Shown in pieces: positions 1 to 9,394 of a stretch of 64,000 bases of DNA. Position 1 is the stretch's first letter. Each line of letters begins with the position of its first letter. The position numbers and the translations under genes were made by a program. The notes below the pieces were generated by a model, which had not been told where the DNA came from, did not search any database, and was given only the letters and a program-made list of their open reading frames with translations. The stretch lies in the NCBI GenBank assembly GCA_963708255.1, contig CAVPSE010000005.1, forward strand, positions 182,347 to 246,346, given 5' to 3'. This stretch comes from an uncultured Thermoplasmata archaeon (GTDB lineage Archaea > Thermoplasmatota > Thermoplasmata > Lutacidiplasmatales > UBA184).

Positions 1-2641
1 TCGGCCGTCAGGACCCCCTCCGCCACCAGGGACGCGACCCACTCCGTGACCTCCTCGGGGGTCGGCGGTGGTCCGGGGAACCGATCCGAAAGCTCGTCGA
101 GGGTCCTCCCCACTTCGGGGTCGGCGCGGGCGAGGACGTGGGCCCGGCCCTCGGAGAGCCGATGGAGCTCCTCCTCGGTCGCCGGCGACAGTTCGCCGGG
201 CCTCGGCCCGGCGCCCGAGTCGCCAGGGCGCCGGCGGCGCGCGATCGCCATCGCTGCGAGCCATAGCCCCGCGACCGTCCCGACGAGCGCCAGCACCTCC
301 CACCACGGGAACGGGGGGGCCGCGGCGGGCACGGCCACCGTCAGCAGCGGCACCGCATCCTCCTCGTAGCTGACGTTCACGGTCCCGGCGGACCCGGAGA
401 GCGCGGTGAAGTTGACCCAGACCGTGGAACCGTCCGGGTCCGGATCGGACCGCCGTGACGTTCGAGCTCGACAGGGACCCGAAGCTCTCCCGGGTCACGA
501 GGAAGCCTCCCGTGATGTTGTCATCGAAGGCGTCCGTGATCCGGTAGAGCGCGGCGGTGCCCCGGGGGTCGCCGACGACCTGGGTGGGGTCCCAGAGTTT
601 GAGGAGATGGACGTTCGGGATGACCTCCAGGGTCGTGCCGGGGGACTCCGGAAGGACCGGAAGCTCACCGCTCAAGGACAGGCCGAACGAACCGTCCCCC
701 GCGACGGTGACGTTGAGGAAGAGGTGACCCAACGACCAGTCGTTCGGCGCGATCATGAACGTCCCGTTCGGTCCGGCCGGGGCGGGGCCCGCGGAGCCGT
801 TCACCCACGCGCCTCGTGCCGGCCCCGACCCGACGGAGGTGACCGTCAGGAGCTCCTGGGCCTGGTAGGACGGCGTGGTGACGCCGGGTCCATCCGAAGC
901 GACCCACTCGAGCTCGTACGGCTCGCCGGCGGCCACGGTGCCATCCCCGCCGCCCCGGACCAGTTCGACCTCGGCCGCATCGCCCGGGACGATGAGGGCA
1001 GGGAACTCGACGGCCTCCCGGGTGCCGAGACGGTCCACGAGCTCGAGGCTCACGTTCGCCCAACCGAGCGCCGCCGGGGCGTACCAGTAGTACATCGTGC
1101 CGTCGGTCCCGACCGTGCCTTCCATCAGGGTCGTGCCGCCGGTGGTGTTCCACCAGTAGCTCAGAGGCAATGCCCCGCCCCGGACGGAGGCCGTAAGGCC
1201 GTATGATCCCCCCAGCGACCCCGGATTGAGAGCGCCCGAGGAGATCCAGGTCGCGTTCATCATGGAATAGATCTCGACCGGCACGGCGACGGAGACGTTC
1301 GCCCCGGTGCCATCCGCGACGGTGACCCCGGCGTTGTAGGAGCCGGCGCTCCCCCACTCCACCTGGAACGGGTAGGCCGGACCGGGGCCGGTGTCGCAGA
1401 ACTCGCGGCCGTTCCCGCTCGACAGGCACGCGGGACCGAGCGGAGGCGTTCCCGTCGACCCCGCGACGTCGACCGTCACCGTCGTCGGCGTGCCGACATA
1501 GGCGACGACCGGCGATGGGGAGACACTGAACGCGGGGGAAGGGGCGACGGTGAGCGACGGAAATGTCCAGGAAGCGAACGAGTAGCCGTTGGTGAGCACC
1601 GCCGAGGGCTGCACCACCCCCGTGGAGTTGTAGACGACCGACGTCGTGCAGTCGACGAACTCCGTCCCCCCGTTGGTACCGTTCTCCACGCAGGGGGCCA
1701 ATACCGAGCGGGTCCCGACCCCCACGAAGATCTGGGCGGAATACGGGTAGCCGATGGCCCCGCTGCCAACGAGATCGAACCGGGCCGCCACCCCGACGTC
1801 CAGGGAGGTCGGGCGCACCGAACCGTCGGTGGCGGAGGTCGCGACCGCATCGAGGATGAGGTCGGCCGCGGGCGCGGACTCCGCGGTGCCGTTGAACGTT
1901 CCGTTCACCCAGAGGGCGAGGGCGCCCGGGTCAGCGATGCTGGCCTTGATCGTGAGGTTCGGGGAGCCGATCCCCGAGACGACGTTCCAGCCGTACCCCG
2001 TCAGGTGCCAGTCGTAGGAGACCGAGGCCGGTGACGGAGAGCCGTCGCCGGCCTCGGGGGTTGCGCGGATGACCGTCGGGGCATCCGTGCTGAGGGTGGC
2101 GCGGCCCGGCGGATCGAGGGCGACGGTCGAGAGCGCGTAGACGTAGGACACTGTCACGGCGGGGCCGTCCACCGAACTTGTGACGAAGTACCCGGCGGGG
2201 ATGGACCCGGCGACGGAGAAGTTGAGCGGTGCCAGCGGGCCGGCGTAGAACGTGCAGGACGCCCGGTTGCAGCCTGACGCGGGCACGACCGCCGGGATCG
2301 AGAATCCACCCAGGCCATCGGTGACCCCGCTCGCCCGGGTCCTGGACACAGGTGACCGTCGAGGGTCCTCCCAGAGGAGAGTAGTTCTCCCGGACGAAGT
2401 AGGAGAACGCGACCGTCCGGCCGCCCACCGCGGGCAGCGGCGCGGGTCCGCCATCGACGAGGAGGGACCCCGAGAAGTTCGAGGGAAGCGCCAACCCCGA
2501 GCAGGGGGTGGCGGCGGCCGGACCCGCCCCGATTCCGTGCGGGGACAGGTCCCCTACCGCGTCCGCGGCGGGGGCGGCGGCGGTAAGCGCTAGGCTCGCC
2601 GCCAGCAGGGCCACGATCTTCAATCGGGTGGGCGCGAGCAA
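1..2641 (-). CDS. Large secreted surface protein (signal peptide at N-terminus, Asn-glycosylation-rich beta-rich body, C-terminal TM anchor plus cytoplasmic tail); runs off the left window edge and is interrupted by at least two apparent frameshifts
   Basis: Reverse-strand translation is clean protein across 1-2641. It starts MLAPTRLKIVALLAASLALTAAAPAADA at 2641. The listed ORF 1931..2641 turns into R-rich junk after about 100 aa, while a different frame continues as real protein (AVTVSYVYALSTVALDPPGR, GLTASVRGGALPLSYWWNTT). Near the left end a TM-like WWEVLALVGTVAGLWLAAMAIARRRR is followed by an acidic tail. Plus-strand ORFs 406..1206 and 665..1429(-) look like antisense or out-of-frame junk. 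Confidence 0.5.
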
Positions 2642-2767
2642 CCGTCTCTCCCGGGGACGTTCGGCCCCCGGTCCGACAATCCACCGGGGTCCCCCCCTTT
2701 AATCGTGGCGAATCGAGGGCGCTCGGGGTCGAACGATGAACGATGACCGAGAGCGCCTAATCCCCGG

Positions 2768-3706
2768 GTGCCTGCGTGCGGCGTGCGTCGGATCCCCCGC
2801 CGGTTCACGGCCGCGGACCGTGTGGTCACCTACCTGACGCCTCCGAGGCTGAGTTCCCTTCCCCAGGAGCGCGGGCAGCTGGAGTACTCCTCCCGGTCCA
2901 TGGTGTTTCGGGACGACGGACGCTCCCTACGACGGGTCTGGGGACCGCCCGACGACCCGTGGGCCGTCGGGGTCGAGGAGGCCGGCGCACGATGGCGGAT
3001 CACCGCCTGGGGGCGGGATGCCCCGGAGGCCCGGGACGCCGTCCGATCGATGTTCGCGCTCGAAGATCCGTTGGAGGAGTTCTACCGGCAGGTCCGGGCC
3101 GAGCCTATCCTCCGGGGGACCGAGCGGCGGTTCCGCGGCCTCCGACTCCCGAGGGACCCCAGCCTGTACGAGGCAATCCTTCACGCCATCCTCGGCCAAC
3201 AGCTGAGCGTGGCCGCCGCCCACACGATCAAGCGGCGTCTCACGGAACGGACCGGGGCCTTTCTGAACGTGGAAGGAGTGGACCTACCGAGGGTTCCGTC
3301 CCCCGCCGAGATCGCCGAGCTGGGATTCGACGGCCTACGGTCGGTCGGGGCCAGCGGCGCGAAGGCCCGCTCTCTGCTGGCGCTTGCTGAACGGTGGGCT
3401 TCGGGCGCCCTCGATCCGAAGGGGCTTTACTCAGGCGATCCGGAGGCCGCGATCGAGCGGCTCGATCAGGAGCCAGGCGTGGGGCGTTGGACCGCGGAGA
3501 ATGCCCTCCTTCGGGGGATCGGCCGCCGCGACCTGTTCGTGGCCGGGGACCTCGGCCTGAGAGTGGCGCTGGACCGGTACGGCGCAGTGCCGCGCGCAGC
3601 CCCGGAGGAGGTGGCCCGATCCTGGGGGGAACGGTGGTACCCCGGATGGGGAAGTTACGCGACGCTCTACCTGTGGCGACGGCTGGTCACCGACCGGCCC
3701 GGCTAG
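2768..3706 (+). CDS. alkA: DNA-3-methyladenine glycosylase II / HhH-GPD base-excision glycosylase (AlkA-like)
   Basis: 312-aa ORF with a helix-hairpin-helix GPD region (LDQEPGVGRWTAENALLRGIGRRDLFVAGDLGL), a catalytic Asp context, and an AlkA-like N-terminal domain. Confidence 0.7.
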   Translation: MPACGVRRIPRRFTAADRVVTYLTPPRLSSLPQERGQLEYSSRSMVFRDDGRSLRRVWGPPDDPWAVGVEEAGARWRITAWGRDAPEARDAVRSMFALEDPLEEFYRQVRAEPILRGTERRFRGLRLPRDPSLYEAILHAILGQQLSVAAAHTIKRRLTERTGAFLNVEGVDLPRVPSPAEIAELGFDGLRSVGASGAKARSLLALAERWASGALDPKGLYSGDPEAAIERLDQEPGVGRWTAENALLRGIGRRDLFVAGDLGLRVALDRYGAVPRAAPEEVARSWGERWYPGWGSYATLYLWRRLVTDRPG

Positions 3707-3945
3707 CGTCGGCCCGCGGTCCGGACCCGCCATATCGCCGAGCAAGACGCGGCGTACGACTTCGTTACGCCGGCCCCGCATGTTTGTCGGTGTTCCGGCC
3801 CACCATCCTTATCCACCTCGGGACGGACAGAGCCTACCAACCGTCGTGACGCGGGTGGGAGTCGCCAGGGCACTTGGGGTGAGACCCCAGGGTCGGCCGG
3901 ATCGGAACCGACCGGCCCCGCCAATCCTCGCCGTCGGGACAGCGA

Positions 3946-6086
3946 GTGCGAACTAGGATGGCAGAGACCGAGGAACAGCCGCGGGGCGGCTCCCAGGTGC
4001 GAACCGCGCGGCTAGGTCTCTTCGTCCTGATCGTAGGGGTCACGCTCGTGACCGTGCTGGGCGCCATGAGCCCATCCCATTCGGCCGGCCCGCAGGCCGC
4101 CGGCCCCGGGCGAATCCCCGGGGTCACGTCGTTTAGCCCCAACCCCCTCTCGGTCGGGGGCCTGACGACCACGATCTCGGACTCGCTCCAGCTTGGGATC
4201 TCGGACAATCCCCACACGATCTGCGCCTTCGGGGCCGATTCGTGCCCCGCCGGGGTCGGGCTCTCGCGCGTCACGCTTTCTGCCGCCGCGGGGAGCTCAG
4301 GAGTGCTCGCCTGGCCGAACGTCGAGATCGCCTTCGTGATCGAGACCACCGCGTACGACGGGGTGTACGATCCGACCGCCAGCGATCCGGGGCTGGACCC
4401 CTGCGCCGGCGCGGCCGCGGGCTCCGGTATCGTCTGCGAGGAATCGAACGGGGTTCCGTTCTTCGTCGCGAACGCGCAGCTCATCGCCAACTCGATCTCC
4501 GCGGCGAACCCTCACAGCCAGGTGTCGTTCGCGATGGTCGACTACTTCGCCAACATCAACAACTGGGACGACGGCGACGGGGCCGAGTACCACGTCGACA
4601 TCCCCCAGTTCATCCCGTCCTCCCAGTTCGGCCAGGCCGTGAAGTCGACGTTCCAGGCGACCGTGCTCAACGGTAACTGGTCTACGGCGACTCGGACCTG
4701 TCTGACAACCAGCTCACCGCGTCGACGATCACCGCGATGTACGGGACGATCATGGGATCGGGCCTGGACTGGACGAACGACACCCACCACGTGATCGTCT
4801 GGATGGGCTCTACGGCCCCGAGGGACCCGAACTATCCGGAGGACTACTGCGTGGCACCCGACGACCAGTTCTACGCGTACGAAGGGTGCACCGGGTCCAC
4901 CTGCGAGCCGTCGTACCAGTTCCCGACGGGGTCGAGCCCGCAGTGCGAGGGTTGGGTCAAGAGCCAGGATGGCAACGCGACCCACTCGATCGCAGCGCTC
5001 GCCAAGACCTCCCCGTCGTGCACCGGGTCGGTCGGGGGGGTCTGCACCGTGGATGCGATCGACTACTACGACACCCCGACCGATTATGAGAGCCAAGGGT
5101 GGCCCAGCGGCGCTCACAACGGCGGACCGGGCGGGTCGGCCGTGGTCCAGGACGCCTCCCACATCATTCTCGCAGGGTGTGACATCGCAGCTGCGACGGG
5201 AGGGACCTGGGACGGCCCCGCCTGGGCCTCCTGCCCCGATGGAGAGGCGGGAACGCTCCAGTACGTCCCCCACGGGTCGTACTCCTCCCCCAGCACGTCG
5301 AACCCCACGCTGTTCAACGCGCTTCGGCAGGTCGGGTTCGGGCCGGTCCTGGAGACCCAGGTGGCGTCGGGCTCCAATCACCCGATCTTCTCCTTCGTGC
5401 CGTTCGGCAACATCGCCCCCGCTCCGGCCAGCGAGCTGCAGGCGACGGCCTCGTGCGTCCGCAACGGGATCGACCTCCGGACCTGCCAGACGGAGCCCAC
5501 CCTGGTGAACTTCGATGGAGTGAGCTACCTGGGGTGGAACTGGTCCACCAACTCGACGTCGAATGTGATGTTCCTCGGCGACTACTGGACGGCGTCGTTC
5601 AACATCATCGCCAATGGCCCGCCGTACGCCTCCGTGCCGATCGACGCCTGCACGACCACGGACTGCAAGGCGGGCGGTAGCGGGGCGATCAACGGTCTGT
5701 ACTCGTGGGCGTCGTACGTGCCGTACACGAACAACACGGTGATCACGGAGTCGTTCCCGCTCGCCCAGGTGACGGTCCAGCTGACACCCGCGGCGACCTC
5801 GCCTCCGAACGTGCCGCCGGCCCCACCGCCCGCGCCGCCTCCGTTCCCGATCCTGGCGCCATCGCCGCTGCCGGTGGTTCAGCAGATCGGGGTGGGCAAC
5901 AGCGTCGGAGTGGCGAACGTCTCGCTGCAGGCGACGGCCGCCGGGTTCTTGGGCGCAGGGTTCACGACGATCAGCATCAAGAACCGGCCCGTGGCGATGA
6001 AGGTCGCCGCGAAATCCGGTACGTTCCGGTCGGCGTTCGACAAGGAAGTCGGCAAGGGCGACACCGGCATCGGCCGGTTCGAGTAG
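3946..6086 (+). pseudogene. Secreted Cys-rich vWA-like surface protein, tandem paralog copy 1, broken by a 1-nt deletion near 4690 (ORFs 3946..4794 and 4737..6086 are the two halves)
   Basis: About 90% nucleotide similarity by eye to 6519..8648 along the whole length. Copy 1 reads aactggtctacggcgac where copy 2 reads aactggtactacggcgac. N-terminal signal anchor; vWA-like beta-alpha pattern (VAFVIETT.YDG, SFAMVDYFAN, HVIVWMGSTAP); Pro-rich linker and a conserved C-terminal domain. Confidence 0.6.
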
Positions 6087-6518
6087 TCGAGAACTGAGAT
6101 CCGACAGGAGCGCCGTCCGGTTGGTGCCGCGCGCCGGGCCCCGAAGGTCCAGCGATACGGCACATCTGGGACGGGCCAGTCCGACGGGGACATAGGGGAG
6201 CCCTCGTCACGGGAGGTCGAGGGTCTGTTCCGACCGGCAAGATATCCGGGCTGACAGCGCCAGCCAGCGATTCCCTCCATCCGGTAGGCCGGTTTCGCCC
6301 ACCGGGTAATGACGTACGACTCGTTTACGGTGAGGTTTTCCTCTCGTTCAGTGTTCCGGCGCCCTACGCTTATCCCCCTTGGAACCCAGGAAGCCCCCAG
6401 GTGTCGTGAGGCTCGTGGTGATCACCGCGGAGCTCGGGAGGGGGACGTCGAGCGCGTCACCTCCGGCGCGATTCGGATCCCATTCCCTCGGTGCACGAGG
6501 GTGGGCAGGGGAACATAG

Positions 6519-8648
6519 ATGGAGATGAGGGAGGACGTTACGCCGACCAGTCCCCGAGTCCGGAAACTCCGATTGGGCGTTCTTGCGCTGATCTCCGTCG
6601 TCGTCCTCATCACCGTGCTCGGATCGTTCGGCCCTGTCCACGGGACCCCCACGAGGGCCGGTGGCTCCGCTACGATCGCCGGCGCCAGCCCATTCGCTTC
6701 GAACGCTCTTTCCGTCAGCGGGCTCACCACGTCGATCTCGGATTCGCTCCAGCTAGGGATATCGGACAACCCCCACACCATCTGCGCTTTCGGTGAGAAC
6801 TCATGCCCGGCCGGCGTCGGCCTCTCCCGTGTTACCTTGTCCGCCGCGGCGGGGAGCGCGGGCGTCCTCAGCTGGCCCAACGTCGAGGTCGCCTTCGTGA
6901 TCGAGACCACCTCGTACGACGGGGTCTACGACCCTACCGCGGCTGACCCGGGGGGGGATATGTGCGCGAACGCGGCGATCGGGACTGCGACGCTCTGCGA
7001 GGAATCCAACGGGGTTCCGTTCTTCGTCGCGAACGCGCAGCTCATCGCCAACTCGATCTCCGCGGCGAACCCCCACAGCCAGGTGTCGTTCGCGATGGTC
7101 GACTACTTTGCCAACATCAACAACTGGGACGACGGCGACGGGGCGGAGTACCACGTCGACATCCCCCAGTTCATTCCCTCCTCCCAGTTCGGCCAGGCGG
7201 TCAAGTCGACGTTCCAGGCAACCGTCCTCAACGGGAACTGGTACTACGGCGACTCGGACATGTCGGACAACCAGATCACCTCCTCGTCGATCACCGCGAT
7301 GTATGGGACCATCGTCGGGTCGGGGCTGGACTGGACGAACGACACCCACCACGTGATCGTCTGGATGGGATCGACCGCGCCCCGCGACCCGAACTACCCC
7401 GAGGACCATTGCGTCTCACCCGAGGACCAGAACTCGGCGTACTTTGGGTGCATGGGCGCGACGTGCGAGCCGTCGTACCAGTTCCCGACAGGGGCGAGCC
7501 CGCAGTGCGAAGGGTGGGTCAGGAGCCAGGACGGCAACCCGACCCACTCGATCGCGGAGCTCGCCAAGACCGCTCCCTCGTGCACGGGATCCGTCGGAGG
7601 CGTCTGCACGGTGGATGCGATCGACTACTACAACACCCCGACCGACTACCAGAGTCAGGGGTGGCCACTGGGCCGCACGAACGGTGGGCCGGGCGGTACC
7701 GCCGTCGTCGAGGACGTGTCCCAGATCATCCTGGCCGGATGTGACATCGCGGGAGCGACCGGTGGCACGTGGGACGGCCCTGCGTGGGCCTCCTGCCCCA
7801 ATGGGCAGGCCGGTACGCTCCAGTACGTTCCCCATGGGTCGTATTCCGCCCCGGGCACCACCAACCCGAGCTTGTTCAACGCGCTCCGCCAGGTCGGGTT
7901 CGGCCCGGTGCTGGAGACCCAGGTGGCATCGGGCTCCGACCGACCGATCTTCTCGTTCGTGCCTTTCGGTAACATCGTGCCGGCACCCGCGAGCGAGCTC
8001 CAGGCGACCGCCTCGTGCGTCCGGAGCGGGATCGACCTCCGGAGCTGCCAGACGGAACCCAGTGTCGTCAACCTCGACGGCGTGACCTACCTCGGGTGGA
8101 ACTGGTCGACCAACTCGACGTCGAACGTGATGTACCTGGGGGACTACTGGACCGCCTCGTTCAATATCATCGCCAACGGCCCGCCGTACTCGACGGTGCC
8201 GGTGGACGCGTGTACGACGACGCCCTGCGAGGCCGGTGGGAGCGGGGCCATCAACGGCCTCTACTCGTCCGCCTCGTTCGTGCCATACACGAACAACACG
8301 GTGCTCACGGAGTCGTTCCCGCTCGCGCAAGTGACCGTGCAGCTGACGCCCACGGCGACATCACCTCCGACCGTGCCGCCGGCTCCACCGCCGGTCCCGC
8401 CCCCATTCCCGATCCTGGCCCCGTCGCCGCTGCCGGTCGTGCAGCAGATCGGCGTGGGCAACAGCGTGGGGGTGGCGAACCTGTCGCTGCAGGCGACGGC
8501 CGCCGGGTTCCTGGGCGCCGGGTTCATGACGATCAGCATCAAGAACCGGCCCGTGGCGATGAAGGTCGCGGCGAAGTCCGGCACGTTCAGGTCGGCGTTC
8601 GACACGGAAGCTGGCGAGGGCGATACCGGCATCGGGCGGTTCGAGTAA
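6519..8648 (+). CDS. Secreted Cys-rich vWA-like surface protein, tandem paralog copy 2 (intact, 709 aa)
   Basis: Uninterrupted ORF. N-terminal hydrophobic anchor, many Cys and N-x-S/T sites, a PPAPPPVPPPFPILAP linker, and C-terminal ...GFLGAGFMTISIKNRPVAMKVAAK...GIGRFE. About 150 bp of upstream sequence is also duplicated. Confidence 0.75.
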   Translation: MEMREDVTPTSPRVRKLRLGVLALISVVVLITVLGSFGPVHGTPTRAGGSATIAGASPFASNALSVSGLTTSISDSLQLGISDNPHTICAFGENSCPAGVGLSRVTLSAAAGSAGVLSWPNVEVAFVIETTSYDGVYDPTAADPGGDMCANAAIGTATLCEESNGVPFFVANAQLIANSISAANPHSQVSFAMVDYFANINNWDDGDGAEYHVDIPQFIPSSQFGQAVKSTFQATVLNGNWYYGDSDMSDNQITSSSITAMYGTIVGSGLDWTNDTHHVIVWMGSTAPRDPNYPEDHCVSPEDQNSAYFGCMGATCEPSYQFPTGASPQCEGWVRSQDGNPTHSIAELAKTAPSCTGSVGGVCTVDAIDYYNTPTDYQSQGWPLGRTNGGPGGTAVVEDVSQIILAGCDIAGATGGTWDGPAWASCPNGQAGTLQYVPHGSYSAPGTTNPSLFNALRQVGFGPVLETQVASGSDRPIFSFVPFGNIVPAPASELQATASCVRSGIDLRSCQTEPSVVNLDGVTYLGWNWSTNSTSNVMYLGDYWTASFNIIANGPPYSTVPVDACTTTPCEAGGSGAINGLYSSASFVPYTNNTVLTESFPLAQVTVQLTPTATSPPTVPPAPPPVPPPFPILAPSPLPVVQQIGVGNSVGVANLSLQATAAGFLGAGFMTISIKNRPVAMKVAAKSGTFRSAFDTEAGEGDTGIGRFE

Positions 8649-8818
8649 GCCGGAGATCCGGGCCGCCTGCACAGGGGGCGCTGTCAGAGAGACCGCTCTC
8701 GCCTCCGCCGGGCCTACAGGGCGATACGCCAGCCCGTCCTAGGGAGGGTGCAGCCGGGGGGAGGAACGCCCCCCTCGATAGGGAGAGCACCCGACCGTCG
8801 ACCCGGGGGACAGGCCCA

Positions 8819-9376
8819 TCAGTCGACCTGTGGGTGAGTCCGGTCCCCATGCTCGCCGCCGCGCAACGGGAGTCGGGCCTCGACGTGGTGAACCGGGCCC
8901 CCACGTCCCAGGACGCTCGATTTCAGGAGGAGCTCGGTCACCCGGGTCGTCCCGAACGGCGTTTCCGAGAAGCGGGTCCGCAGAACATGGGCCAGCGCGG
9001 CGTCCTTCGGTGACCGGACCCTGAGAACGGTAAGGTGGGCCACGAACGGCCGGTCCTCCACAGGGAGCCCGTGCGATCGGGCCACGGCCACCAGCCGGTC
9101 GTGCAGGCGGGCGAGCTCCGCGGTGCCCTCGGCGATGCCGACGAACACGACTCGCGGCCGTTCGTCGGAAGGGAACGCACCCAGCCCGTGGAGGCGCAGC
9201 TCGAAGGGGGGCTCGGACTCCACCGCGCGCGCGAACGAAGCTCCCAGCGGGGCCGCGGCAGCGGCCTCGATATCACCGAGGAAGAGCAGGGTAAGGTGGC
9301 TCGGGGCTCCCTCCCCAGGCGTCCGGATGCCGGGGAGCTCCGGGGTCGGCAGCTCGACGGCGACGAACGCTCGCAC
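8819..9376 (-). CDS. thpR: RNA 2',3'-cyclic phosphodiesterase (2H phosphoesterase, ThpR/LigT family)
   Basis: Two H-x-T-x motifs (HLTLLFLG and HLTVLRV) in a roughly 185-aa protein. Overlaps the stop of the upstream ATPase gene by about 20 nt. Confidence 0.8.
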   Translation of the reverse strand: MRAFVAVELPTPELPGIRTPGEGAPSHLTLLFLGDIEAAAAAPLGASFARAVESEPPFELRLHGLGAFPSDERPRVVFVGIAEGTAELARLHDRLVAVARSHGLPVEDRPFVAHLTVLRVRSPKDAALAHVLRTRFSETPFGTTRVTELLLKSSVLGRGGPVHHVEARLPLRGGEHGDRTHPQVD

Positions 9377-9394
9377 GACACCGTGAGACCGCCG

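Noticed and set aside
406-1429. ORFs 406..1206(+) and 665..1429(-), 254-266 aa
   Set aside because: They are Arg/Gly/Asp-rich with low complexity. A different minus-strand frame gives clean beta-rich protein across the same DNA, so these are out-of-frame or antisense artefacts of the high GC.
3834-4490. Minus-strand ORFs 3834..4490 and 6422..6910 (Ser/Thr/Pro-rich, mutually similar)
   Set aside because: They are antisense translations of the duplicated vWA-like genes. Their similarity only mirrors the sense-strand duplication, and the sense ORFs have the signal peptide and domain logic.
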